Shown one piece after another: positions 13,801 through 25,377 of a DNA stretch of 64,000 nt. The position numbers and the translations under genes are program-made. Position 1 is the first letter of the stretch. Every line of letters starts with the position of its first letter. The notes beneath the pieces are model-generated. The model had not been told where the DNA came from. It made no database searches and saw nothing but the letters and a program-made list of their open reading frames with translations. The stretch is from Asterias rubens (lineage: Eukaryota): contig NC_047082.1 in NCBI RefSeq assembly GCF_902459465.1, positions 9,176,001 to 9,240,000 of the forward strand, in the 5' to 3' direction.

Positions 13801-16800
13801 CTCCGGTGTGGCACGACTTCTTTCCCCGAAGGTTATTGATGTTGATGCCCGTGTTTGACTTTTTCACCACGGCAATGGCATGGTAACCGTCTGGGTCTAC
13901 AAGAAATGAGAATTGGTATAAGAAGCTTTAATCTCTCAGTGGTTTTCTTGAAACTTGTTTACCGACTGGCTAGCAGGACCAGTAAAAGCCCGGTCCATAC
14001 TTCCTGCGAATGTGATTCTGAAGCAAATTGTTTACTTCACAGGGCTGTTTCCGCAGCGATTGTTTTGCAAGAGGTTAGAACAAGTCAACTGATGAAAAGG
14101 TGCCCTTTCCCTTTCAAAAATGAAGAATACCTCAAACTCTGTACGACTGTATGACACAATAGTACCACAGTTTGCTCATCTGGAGGTTGCTATACAAAGG
14201 AATTATTTTGTTATTCGGATACCGCTGGCCAACTATCCGAAATTAACCGGATATTTGAATAGTTTTTTCGCCGCTAGAGGGCGCTATTTAAAAAAAATAA
14301 AAAAATATGAAAAACCTTTTTTTTTGCCACTAGAGGGCGCTGTTCGTCGGAAATGTCATTGTTTTAACTCTTCACGGAGGTGAGCATAGTTAAATACTTA
14401 ATTTATGCTGTTTTATGCTGTCTTAATAGAAGTTTCATAAGGATTCAGACAAAAACATTCATATCAGTTGTCGTCCGACGTCCGCGGATATCCGGATATT
14501 AAAGAATATCCGGTTACTTTGTTGTAATTACAGAACTATCCGGTTTATAAATAGGTATTCGCGCCCTATGCGGATATCCTGTTAAGAAAAAAAAAGGCAT
14601 TCGCGGTTACGGATAGGAAAACCTATTCGCCATTAACCGGATATTCAAATAATTCGCCCAGGCCTAGCCATTTGACATACATGTAGCAGCTGTCTCTATA
14701 GTCTGAGGAACTCAAATGTAAGCGTTACATTGTGACTAAGCAAGTCATTGTACCAGACATTATTCAAATCTAACTCACAAAAGGCTTTTTCATTCCACTG
14801 CCTTGGTGTCCTTGACAAGATGAGTAGCTTAAGGCCGAGTCACACTGCAGCGATAACGAAAACGATAACGACCACGACGCAATGAAAACACATTCTATTG
14901 GGTGAATTGCTCCACTCAGAATACGCACACGCTCATCCACCCAATAGAATGCCTTCTCATGGCTCCGTGATCGTTATCGTTTGCGTTATCACAGCAGTGT
15001 GACTCCGCCTCTATATTACTTACTGGCCTGCGCATACTGCTCGTTCATAATGGGTACCAAGCCGAACTCGAACCCTGCCTGATAAACGTCTCCACCATCA
15101 AGCGTGATCAGATCGGCATCGCCGTTAGCAATTGCAGCCATGCATTCCTAGATACACACAAGGTACAGAAAAAGGAGGAGACATTCTTAACCAAGTCAAA
15201 CAGCAAGGCTCACTTTCATGGAGCTGCAAAAGCACAAAAAGTAGCTAAGCACAACAGAAATCTGCTTACCAGAATAAGGTTACCAGCTTTAACTGGTATC
15301 CATTTCATTTTTGCTAAGCAGAAAATCTTTAAGCAACATTTCCTGCTGAAATGACCAAGTAGCTGAGTGACACACCTGATACAGTACTGTCTACTTTCAA
15401 ACACAAACTCAAGACTCATCTGTTCAATTTGTCAGCTTTGCTAGCTTCCGGCGTCTTGGAATGGAACCATTCCAGATACTGTGCGCCTTATCAATTTTAT
15501 GTTTTTATTATTATTATTAAGTACCAAGCAGAAATAGAATAAAATCTTACCCTTGCAGAAGTGTGTGCAACACACCGCAGCAGTGTAGGCAATGAATTAC
15601 TTGCAAATGCCGTCTTCATTGCGGCACATTTTGCTTCTTCATGACTGGATATAGTGCACCAACGTACCTCAGTCACTGAAAATAATAATACAGACATCAT
15701 TAAAAATTTCATTTTTTTTTTTTTTTTCCAACTAAAAACAACTCCTCAAGGTAGGCAGGGTCATACATGCAGACTGGTACTGCACAAGAGCTACATTAGC
15801 ACTTAAGCTGTCGATAGTGTTACTGTTTTGCAATAGGATTCACTGTTACTGGCCCAGAATTGTTCAAACAAGACCACAGCCGTTGATTTCACCAAACTTT
15901 TTCTAACTTAGGATTCATCTTAATTAAGGACTTAGGACGAGTTCAGTTACGAATCCAAAGACGTTAGGAGGCATTGAACTCATCCTAAGTTAGGACGGGT
16001 TACTCGTCCTCACTCGAGACAGGATTAATGCTAGCGCTCCGTAAAACCGGCTGCAGAACAGTTCTAACATGCATAGCCTTGTTTTTATTTTATTATCCCA
16101 TTTACTAGTAGAAATTAGAAATAAAAGAGGTTTTATCACACTCCAAGTCAACATTAAAACATAGCTTGTTTTTTACTCATAGCGTTATTACAGTGTAGTT
16201 TTCAAAGGCCTAGTCGATTGAAAAACCACAAGACCCCTGGACTTGTCTGTTTCTAAGTTTACAGACCCAACCCTAAAAGCACTACTGGCCTAGGGCCTAC
16301 GTGTAAAAATCAAAGCCTGGTGTCATACATTTCTTTATGATTTACGTCAAGGTCAAGAGCACTACATGTACGTTGACAAAAACCAATCTATGACCTTAAG
16401 TCTCTTCAAGTTCAACACTTGACAGTTTTCCCAGGAGTTGGCCTTCCCACACTTAAACTATTACTGTAACACCTCCCCCCCACCCCCCCCCCCCCCCAAT
16501 ACAAAACAAAACTCCTTGGTAATACTACCCTTAGTTAGGAGAAAGGTTAAACCAGAAAACCCTTGCTGGGGTTCATTTTTCTGAGGAACTTTATTGACAG
16601 CTACCTCTGAAACAAACCCAGAGAGTGGGTGGGGCTATAAATGACAGGAATTTCATTAGACCATGAGCTCATGGTGGAAATGGACTCCAGTTGATCTCTG
16701 TCTGCCCTTCAACAGCGCAAAGGGAAAACCCCTAAATGTCACCAGGGTGTTTATCAGACACAGGGTCCTTCAGTGAACAATGCTTCCTATTTTAGGTTCA

Positions 16801-18629
16801 AGGGAGATGTAAAAGGCCTGAAGTTACAATTGCTCTTCCAGTTCGAATAACAAGGAAGGTATAGCTTCTTCCCTGATAATGAGTTTGACAGGCGTAAATG
16901 CAGTGGACACTATTGGTAGTTACTCAAAATAATTATTAGCATACAAACCTTACTTGGTAACGAGTGATGGGGAGCTGTTGATCAAGCATCTGAAAGCACA
17001 CAACTTCGCGTGACAAGGGTGTTTTTTCTTTGATTATTATCTCGCAACCTCAATGACCAATTGAGCTAAAATTTTCACAGGTTTGTTATTTTAGTATGTT
17101 GAGATACACCAAAGTGAGAAGACTGGTCTTTGACAATATTACCAATAGTGTCCAGTGTCTTTAATGAGTTTGACAGACTTTAAGGGAAAAAGACAAACTA
17201 GCAGCGGTCTCCCTTAAGCGCTCAGCTGGCCAAGTGGTCTGGATGGTTAGGCCAAATAACAAAAAATACCAGTTGATCGTCCGGATTTTTCAAAAAAGGA
17301 GGATAAGGGCCTTACTATTTACTATTTACTATTTTTTTTTCAAGATGGCCGCTAAGTATTTCAAATCAAACAGGCCACCAATTCTTCAGTTTGAATCAAC
17401 CGCAAACTTATTTATACCTATTAGTTGCATGAGGACCTGTGTTAACACTAACAGGGTCGGATAACACTAAAAAGATTTGCTGGTAGGCATTCACTAATAT
17501 TGTTTTATGAAACAGACGGTTACAAGTGTTCGAGAGCATCAAGTTAGATTCAGGGAAAAGCTCCTAAGCCATTCCTTTTGAAAAGATGGATTTGTTGTTG
17601 CAAAAATCAAAAAAATAGTAAATAGTAAAAAAAAAAAGGATGCGGCCCCAAAAAAGGATGCGGGCGGGGACGATCAACTGTTTTTTGTTTTTTTATGGCC
17701 TTAGTGTGGTGTTCGAAATAAGTATGGATTACAAAGTACTGAAAGAAGAATGGGGTGTTTTATACACAATCGGTTGTTGCACTATCCCAGTCTGCAAGAC
17801 CAGCAACCTTGTTATTCCTTATAGACTTGGTAACCTGCCAAGAAAACTTTTGGGGTTTGAATACAATTGAATATACACTTCCTTGTGTGGCGGATACAGT
17901 TTTTAGAGCATAATAGTTAAAACAGGCCTACTGTTATTAAAGTCGTAAGAATGGAATTGTTTTCCCCATTTTTCATTGCTCTGAAGAAAACAACCAATAA
18001 GCAATTGGAGAGAAGTCAAACCGTGAGGATAGAATTTACCCGAGTATGTAACTCGAATCTTCACCTTAAAACTTTTGTTTAAGTTTCTCCCCACAAAAAA
18101 TAAATTAAAATAATGGTGTAAAAAAAACATTTGCATTAATTTTTAAGGGCGTCAAGGGCGAAGACTTAAAGGAACACATTACCTTGGATCGGACGAGTTG
18201 GTCTATAAAAAGCGTTTGAAACCATTTGTTATGAAATGCATATGGTTAGAAAGATGTTTTAAAAGTAGAATATAATGATCCACACAAGTATCACTCAAAA
18301 TTGCACGGTTTTCATTTTACTTCGCGAACTAACACGGTCGGGCCATATAAATGGCCGACTGTGTTAGTCAACGAGGTAAAAAGAAAACCACGCAATTTCA
18401 AGGCATATTTGTGTAGATCATTGTATTCTACTTTTACAACATCTTTCTAACCGATTTTATAACAAACGGTTACAGAACGCTTTTCAAAGACCAACTCAAC
18501 CGATCCAAGGCAACGTGTTCCTTTAATTATACTGTGTAGTACCAGTCTAAACTGAATCTTACCTGCACATGACACATGAAGGCAAAGTACCAGACAAATG
18601 AAACGCATGATGCTGGCCATTCCAATCAT
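2412..18629 (-). CDS. MELTF: Melanotransferrin-like two-lobed transferrin with signal peptide and C-terminal GPI-type hydrophobic tail, 751 aa
   Basis: join(complement): 18563-18629, 15551-15675, 15024-15147, 13675-13896, 11259-11382, 10531-10711, 10057-10140, 9585-9753, 8505-8669, 7115-7281, 5511-5631, 4806-4968, 3897-4161, 2412-2690. All introns are GT..AG with matching phases; total 2256 nt. Transferrin motifs occur twice: [36 protein letters not shown](L/M)[17 protein letters not shown](T/S)HAV, L(L/I)FKDST. N-terminus is [23 protein letters not shown]; C-terminus is [28 protein letters not shown]. The donor at 9584 (GTTCTA) is the weakest site. Confidence 0.93.
3155..3725 (-). mobile_element. 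SINE split by the family-A MITE at its TTAA
   Basis: Body at 3155-3290 and head remnant GAGTTCGGTGCTCTTAAG at 3676-3725 (compare 5380-5415). Confidence 0.5.
3291..3675. mobile_element. TTAA-flanked MITE family A (Kolobok/T2-type)
   Basis: TTAA target duplication and TIR AGGCAGTGGACACTATTGGTAATT. No coding capacity. Confidence 0.85.
4210..4662. mobile_element. Two adjacent GGCCCAATTTC-terminated MITEs (family C, Harbinger-like)
   Basis: TIR GGCCCAATTTCAT at 4210/4407 and at 4436. Relatives at 1-117, 27121-27318, 33014-33207 and 60925-61160. Confidence 0.7.
5125..5415 (-). mobile_element. SINE with tRNA-like head and shared body (body also at 9312-9545, plus strand)
   Basis: Body CCAGGGGT(A/C)AATGGGTACC...GAGATGGTTTAAGGAATGA is shared between both loci. 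Confidence 0.6.
5810..6196. mobile_element. TTAA-flanked MITE family A, opposite orientation
   Basis: Same TIRs and TTAA TSD as 3291-3675. Confidence 0.85.
6425..6550. repeat. 33-bp minisatellite, about 4 copies
   Basis: AATGTACACAAACAATTTAAAAACGCATGAAT(T/C). Confidence 0.9.
6706..6873. mobile_element. CAG-flanked MITE family B (Harbinger-like), nested in a family-E element
   Basis: 13-bp imperfect TIRs CCGTCGATTTCAC / GTGAAATCGGCTG with a 3-bp CAG duplication. Confidence 0.8.
7807..7885. repeat. (ATCA)n microsatellite
   Basis: Direct reading. Confidence 0.95.
7978..8474. mobile_element. TIR element (GCCCYTTTCACACG ends)
   Basis: Terminal inverted repeats flanked by TA, with internal inverted repeats. 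Confidence 0.7.
8766..8932. mobile_element. MITE family B variant
   Basis: CAG TSD and TIR CCRTCGATTTCAC. Confidence 0.8.
8970..9165 (+). mobile_element. tRNA-derived SINE
   Basis: Pol III A-box-like TGGTCTAGTTGG and B-box GGTTCGAATCCC. A second copy lies at 42000-42180 (minus). Confidence 0.75.
10171..10350. mobile_element. MITE family A, partial
   Basis: Left TIR and part of the body. Confidence 0.7.
11609..11813. mobile_element. Hairpin MITE (AGGGACTTTTCG ends)
   Basis: About 45-bp inverted arms. Confidence 0.7.
12106..12441. mobile_element. MITE family A, partial
   Basis: Body plus one TIR (CCAATAGTGTCCACTGCCTTT). Confidence 0.75.
14832..15010. mobile_element. Hairpin MITE next to transferrin exon 15024-15147
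   Basis: Arms AGGCCGAGTCACACTGC / GCAGTGTGACTCCGCCT. Confidence 0.7.
15880..16053. mobile_element. MITE family B
   Basis: CAG TSD and TIRs as above. Confidence 0.8.
16893..17164. mobile_element. MITE family A, internally deleted
   Basis: Both TIRs are recognisable. Confidence 0.75.
18166..18526. mobile_element. TTAA-flanked MITE family D (TIR AGGAACACRTTGCCTTGGATCGG)
   Basis: Long TIRs and TTAA TSD. Confidence 0.85.
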
Positions 18630-19533
18630 CGTGGAGTTGAATTGTTGAAATGCTGAGGAAACCTTAAAACAAGATGACAACATGAATATGAAACGTACAG
18701 TAACAGCAAACATTTGGGAACAGAGCTAAAACTTAATCTTTCTGAATCAACAGAATCAAACAGACCTTGAACTTTGCTTTTAAAGGGGCAGGGCGATTTT
18801 CCTCTTGTAAGGGGCCCGGCCTGGCAATTCCTGGAATTACATGCAGGCCACTGAGAACATAATAGGGTTGTGGCCGTGCAATAAAGGCCTACGCTTTCGG
18901 CCCTCATCGTATGGCCACGACCCTGCCGATTTTAAACGGCAGTTAAAGAACTCGCCGCCACTCTTTTATTCCCTTATTTATTTCCATACTCCCATGAAAA
19001 ATATTGACACTCACAATATGTACTATGCAGTACAGCAAAAACAGTATTTTTTTTTTTACAACTTTTCACTAAATCCTGGCTAAAACTGTGCTTTTAATAT
19101 CCCCCACTCCAATATCCAGAAAATCCTTTAATTGATTTAAAATGAGTTTGACAGGATAAGAAACTCAATTTTGAGTTAGTTTTCTCTGGAAACTTATCAA
19201 AACATTGTCTTGTGTGAAATGTACTAAAAGAGCAAACAAGCCTTATCTAAACATGATGTTTTCGTGATGTTTTGTCAGACAGAACAATCTACAAACATTG
19301 ATACTATGTGACCATACAAACGATTCCAGCACACAAGTAATGATGTCTTAAACTACATTCATGTGCAATAACTGTGAAAGGTTTGTTGACAAAGCAAATG
19401 CTCAATGTGTCTAGACTACACAAGGTAAACATTGAAACACTACACTGTAGCTCAAATATTATAGGCCTTGGGAGAGGATTTCTGGATTAGTCTATTTTAT
19501 GTCCATGAACTTCTCTCGTTTTATTCGCACGTA

Positions 19534-19797
19534 GGCCCCCTACTTCAGGACTTTTTAATTTGTTTGAGAACTTCATGCAATGGCAAAGGTAATGAGTTGG
19601 ATTAATTGTCAAGCGCGTAAAATGTTATTTGTGTTTCATTTCGACCAGCCACTGCAGTTGGTTGGTTCAGGCCCCCTACTTCAGGACTTTTTAATTTGTT
19701 TGAGAACTTCATGCAAGGGCAAAGGTAATGAGTTGGATTAATTGTCAAGCGCGTAAAATGTTATTTGTGTTTCATTCCTACCAGCCACTGCAGTTGA
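19534..19797. repeat. About 137-bp tandem duplication
   Basis: GGCCCCCTACTTCAGGACTTTTT... occurs twice. Confidence 0.85.
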
Positions 19798-19854
19798 TTT
19801 TACTAAATTTTCAGTTGCCACAATGTTTCCTACCTAAGTAAGTTTTTTTATGGT

Positions 19855-20130
19855 TTAAAGGCCAGGGACACTATTGGTAATTACTCAAAATAATTATTAG
19901 CATAAAACTTTACTTGGTGACGAGTAATGGGGAGAGGTTGATAGTATAAAACATACGGCTCTCTCTGAAGTGCATAGTTTTCGAGAAAGAAGTACTTTTC
20001 CACGAATTTGATTTTGAGACCTCAGATTTAGAGTTTGGAGGTCTCGAAATCAATCTAAAAGCACACAACGTCGTGTGACAATGTTTTTTTCTTCTTTCAT
20101 TATTATCTCGCAATTTTGACGACCAATTAT
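19855..20130. mobile_element. MITE family A, partial
   Basis: Left TIR after TTAA and part of the body. Confidence 0.7.
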
Positions 20131-20589
20131 TAATCAAACATTCATTGTTTTTTTTTTACTGCTCAAACACACAATACATAAATGAAAATTTTGGACAAGA
20201 CATTCAAACAAGACGTTCAGATTGTTTCAGCCGAGATCGTTTAAAATAATTTTTTTATCATAAAAAAAAGAAGACAAATCATTAAAAAAAAAAAAAAAAA
20301 AGGAGGCGGCCTCTAAAAAGGAAGCAGGCGGGGACGCTAAACAAGTTTCTGTTTTTACTCGGCCTTAGTTTCTGTTTATTCAAGAGGACTTTAACATATG
20401 GTAAAATATTAACCACGTCAAACAATGGTCAAACATGGCCTTTGAAACTGTCTGGCTCTCCAGATAGATTGTTTAAAAAAATAACAGTGTCCCTAATGAA
20501 GCAAACATTCTGCCGTCTGGTTCTGGAGTGACCTTAAAATGAATTTTTGTTTTACTGTTTACAGAGCAGAGAAGTTATGTGTTTTGTAA

Positions 20590-20748
20590 TAATAGACCTT
20601 ATGCATTGACGTCATCCAGCCGCCATCTTTGAGGTCAAACGGTGACGAAACAATCGAAACGCACATAGATTGGCCAATGAACAACCTTCTTTTGACCTCA
20701 ATGCGGGTGCGCCGTACTGAAATGACGTCATGTGCATAAGGTCTATTA
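20590..20748. mobile_element. Hairpin MITE (ATAGACCTTATGCA ends)
   Basis: Inverted arms flanked by TA. Confidence 0.7.
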
Positions 20749-21489
20749 TTACCAATACACACTGTTGCTTTTACATGCCCTCATCCTGAGATATTGATAA
20801 AATAGTCAGGTTTTGTATTGTCTGGCCCTTTGTATTGCCACAAACAATGTGGACTACTATTGTCATTACAGATGTGGACAATTTCTGGCATTGTGAAAAT
20901 AAGTCGACCTTATTCACTCCCTGCTCTGAATCTCGTAATCCTTTTCAGCCCTTCACACAACCTACCTTTGATCTGTGTAATAAGGGTTTAAAAAGTCTTT
21001 ATACAGAAAACTACTGAGCCAGAGATTCCTTTCACGCTACATTCGCAGAGAAAAGTTTAAACCCTCTTCCATACCAACACAGTGGGTTGGCCCATGCTCC
21101 ATGGTTAACCCAGTCCCAATGTTATTGTTAACCATTCCCCAGTGAGAAAGCAAACTCACTGATCTCCCATGGATCCAAGCTAACATATAAAATAAAACAA
21201 ATCACAAAAGTTTAACAATTCTTCCCTGAAAATAAGTTGGTATGGTGCTGGTTGATACCGGTAGAATTAACACGCCACGAGCAGCCGATCGAAAACACGC
21301 TGCCCTGGCCTACCGTCATAATGAACTAAAAAAGCCCCGATCGATCGATCAAGATGGCCAGGCAAGGGGCTTCCTGTGCGCTCGCTCTGGAACCAACCAC
21401 CAGCCCAAGCAACTACCACCAGAAATTTCCACTGAGAACCAAACTTTGGTGTAAAACTTGTGACAAAAAGCAAACAAATTCTTACTCAC

Positions 21490-21640
21490 CGTTGAATCTT
21501 TTTCTACCTAGGTGTGCCACCTGTTAGCTGCACTCCTTATCAATGATTTTTCACACAAAACACGTGGAAGAAAAAGTATCGTGGTATCAGAGCGTGGGGA
21601 TCAATATCGAAAGTTAACACACACTATATATAATATGCTG
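21490..21640 (-). promoter_or_regulatory. Putative non-coding first exon and core promoter of the transferrin gene
   Basis: Strong minus-strand donor CAACG|GTGAGTAAG at 21489. A TATA-like TATATAT lies near 21625-21635, with a CpG-rich tract further upstream. The acceptor upstream of the ATG exon is at 18663 or 18653. Confidence 0.45.
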
Positions 21641-23733
21641 GTCGTCGAGCATCGTCTTTTCTGGTGTAGCCTTTTGTCGAGGCCTTTGCGGACTGCTTCG
21701 CAGAGCATCACTCTCCCAAGCGACTGCACGGAAAGACCACTCGTGCGATTGGCAGCTGGACTCTCGCGGGCGTTGTCTCCAATGCTACGAAGGCCTTGAC
21801 GAAAGACTAGGGTCTGATGTGCGGGTCCGGATGGCGGACGTGACGATCGAAGCGTGACGGACATGGACTGCGTGAAACTTGTACTCATCAGTTTGCGCAT
21901 GCGATTTACAATAAATGATGGTGTAGTGTACGTGTCTAGAGAAGGGGGGGGGGGGGGGGGGGGCACTGCCGTTACCCACACAATTAAGGTCAATGTTATT
22001 GCACGAATTGTTTTGAACACTCAATCAAAATCGAGTCGAGAGTTACAAGTTTAGCTCCAAGCTGCCTTGTGTCGAGTAAAATAACGAGTTTTAAAACAGA
22101 TTTAGAACATGGGCAACGCAACGAGCGACGCAAAAGGCAAGGCAAGACGCGACGGCCGGACGGACGACGGCACGATGTGACCGCGGGCCCCCAGAGACGA
22201 CGGCGGGTATTATTAGCATGGATGTAGAACGACGCGACGCCGTATAGGGGCGCGGGGCAATATAACGACGCGCGCCGGACGACGGCAAGACGGGCAAAGC
22301 CAAAACCACTATGAAAATAACTTTGAAACCAGGCGAAGGCACAGGCGACGCGACGCACTTCTTGTCTTATCTCGTATTGTAGACCTACATTATAGTAATA
22401 AAACACTTTATGAAATGAAATTAATGCCGCTAGGTCCCCAACCGTACGTTTTGTGTTTTGCGGCGTCAAACCAAACGGCATAGTCGCAATCTGACACACT
22501 TTTTGTCGGTCGGTCATTTGCCTCATAAAGTAGTTCTATGTGCAAAATATCAAATGATTCTCGTGTTATACCAGACTAAATTCCTTCCAGCCTCGGTTTC
22601 ACCACATTAGTTCAGGAATACAAGATGGCTCCACGAGGCCGACAGAGGGGCATCATTGTCCATAGTCCCCCGTGTACAATATCAATAATAAACTGAGTAA
22701 TTGTACTAGATTGTCCTTCGGTTTCATCACATAAATTCAAATGGAAAAATACGAGATGGCTGCCATATGATGAAGGTTTGGTGACTGGGAGGCTGGCGAA
22801 ACAACGGCTTCGGCTTGGGGATCCGTTCTTTCGTCTGAAATCCTTCGTGCGCAAAACACGAGCAATAATTATTGTCATCGACACAATGCGGGGCCAAGCT
22901 AACCTGAGCCAAATCCAAAGACATCCAGTCGTTTCTGGGCTGAATGAGGTGTATTCAAAAGAGGGTGCCATCAGAAGAAGTTTAGTACACAGCTATCCAT
23001 GCTGCCAAATGGGGGACAGAATCTCCAGCACCACCCAATAATATTATTATTATTACAAATGATGACATGGTGAGTCATGGGAATTCCCCATCAAGAGAAA
23101 TGCAATATCATGCCGCGCTGTGCATCACAGCTTCACTTTTATCTTTACGGTGATCATATCAGTAAACAGACCCTGGAGGCGCTTCAGAAAATCTCATTAA
23201 TCTGGAGAAAAATTTGCAAAAGGTACGTATCAAACATTTCTTTTGTATACGCCGCCTCAACTGTTGTTGTTTTGCTGCAAATCGGATTTGTGAAAACTGT
23301 GTAAAAAAAATCTTGTTCACGCGTTTCTCAAAAGTATCATTACAATTTTGGTATTTCATACAATTGAATTGAAGTAACATCACTGTTGTTTTGCTAACAA
23401 AACGGTTGCTGGCATTGTAAGCACTTTACTCCACACATAAACTGACACCTGGTAGAAGTTTTAGATCGATCGGCCTCTCTGGGTCACGAGAGAATAATTA
23501 TTGAGAAAAAAAAAAAACGAATGTTATGGGAAAAAAAGGGAAAAGAAGACAAACGCTCACTGAGCGCAACTCCAAACGGGAAATTTGTTTTATTTGTTCC
23601 CCATCAAATTACACGACATTTCAGAAATAAAAATTTCAATAATGGATGTTATCTACTATCATCATCATTAGACCGTGTAAGCTTATGTGAATCTGTGAAC
23701 ACAGAAGAGTCTTACCAGTTTTGTAATGTTCCT

Positions 23734-24110
23734 TCAAGGGCAGTGGACACTTGGTATTCATTTACTCAATATTATTATTAGCATACAACTTTACTTGGTA
23801 ACGAGTTATGGGGAGAGGTTGATGGTATAAAACGTTGTGAGAAACGGCTCCCTCTGAAGTGACGTAGTTTTCGAGAAATAAGTAATTTTCCACGAATTTG
23901 CTTTCGAGACCTCATATATTATTTATAATTATTTTGAGGTCTCGAAATCAAGCATCTGAAAGGTGTTTTTTTCTTTCATTATTATCTCGCAACTTCGATG
24001 ACCGATTGAGCTAAAATGTTCACAGGTTTGTTATTTTATGCATTATGTTGAGATACACAAAGTGAGAAGACTGGTTTTTGACAGTTACCAATAGTGTCCA
24101 CTGTCTTTAA
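23734..24110. mobile_element. MITE family A
   Basis: TIRs and body match family A. Confidence 0.8.
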
Positions 24111-24585
24111 GATGATGTCCGGTAATGTCAGGATGGCGTGTAAGCATGACAAGTATAAAACTATTAGTTTATGTCTATAAGCATAACGCTTAAAAGTACC
24201 TTAAAACTTCCAGTTTAAGCAGGTAGAGAACACAGATGGCGGGAATGTAGTTTTACTTATTCAATTCAATTCAATTCAAAAATGGTTTATTAAAACATGT
24301 CTCGCAGTTAAAAACTGTATCGCACATGTCAACATTATAATATTTGTTTAAAATAAATTACATCAAGTAGAAGTCAATCCACTATGTTAATCCACTCGAA
24401 AATTTCAACCAAGGGTTTTCCCCGTAGCACGAAAATGTATGACAAACTCATTGTAATTTTGTTTGTTGTTGGCAAACCATCACATTGCAAGGTTACTGCA
24501 GTTGAAATATTACACAATCATGGGTGCATTGTCGTTGAATACAATCAAGAGGTGCAATCTAGAACATTCCTTTTCACGAGACGAA

Positions 24586-25102
24586 TTAAAGGCACTGGAC
24601 ACTATTGGTTATTCTCAACATAACGTTGTAGCATGAACAACTTACTTGGTAACGTGCAACGGAGAGCTGTTGATATACTTATATAAAGTATGTTTGTGAT
24701 ATGAGAAACGGCTCCCTCTTACTAAATTGTCCAGATCATGTACAATACCCGATAAACACACTGGACACTGTTGGTAATAATTGTCAAAGACCAGTCTTCT
24801 CAGTTGGTGTATCTCAACATAATATCACAAACCTGTGAAAATTTGAGCTCAAATTGGACGTCAATGAAAGAAAATATTGTGTGCTTTCAGATGCTTGATT
24901 TCGAGACCTCAAAATCTAATTATGAGGTATCTAAATCAAATTAATGGAAAATCCCCCCTTTGTTACTCGAAAAATACGTCACTTCAGAGGGAGCCATTTC
25001 TCACAATGTTTTATAATATCAACCTCTTTACTCGTTACCAAGTAAGGTTTTATGCTAATAATTATTTTGAGTAATATTACCATTAGTGTCCACTGCCTTT
25101 AA
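24586..25102. mobile_element. MITE family A: a partial copy followed by a full copy
   Basis: TIR at 24586, second copy at about 24758-25102. Confidence 0.75.
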
Positions 25103-25377
25103 AAGAAGCCAGAGAAATCACTTCCTTTTGCAATGTGCAACTTACATTTAACATTGGTTTTGATTTTGATAATATTTATACAATGATGTGTAGGGACATG
25201 TTGTACAAACATGTACTTTCCTTTGTGGGTTTACACAATCGATGAGGACAATAATTTAACGATGTTTGGAGTTGTATTTTATTTATCTACAGTCTGGATA
25301 CGGGATACTGACTGGAGTGCAAAAACAGAACTAGCATCTTGTCGGTTGGTATCGGGCCTACTTCTCTCGCGCTGACT

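Noticed and set aside
22612-23041. Overlapping ORFs of 65-119 aa on both strands
   Set aside because: No recognisable domain and no convincing splice partners.
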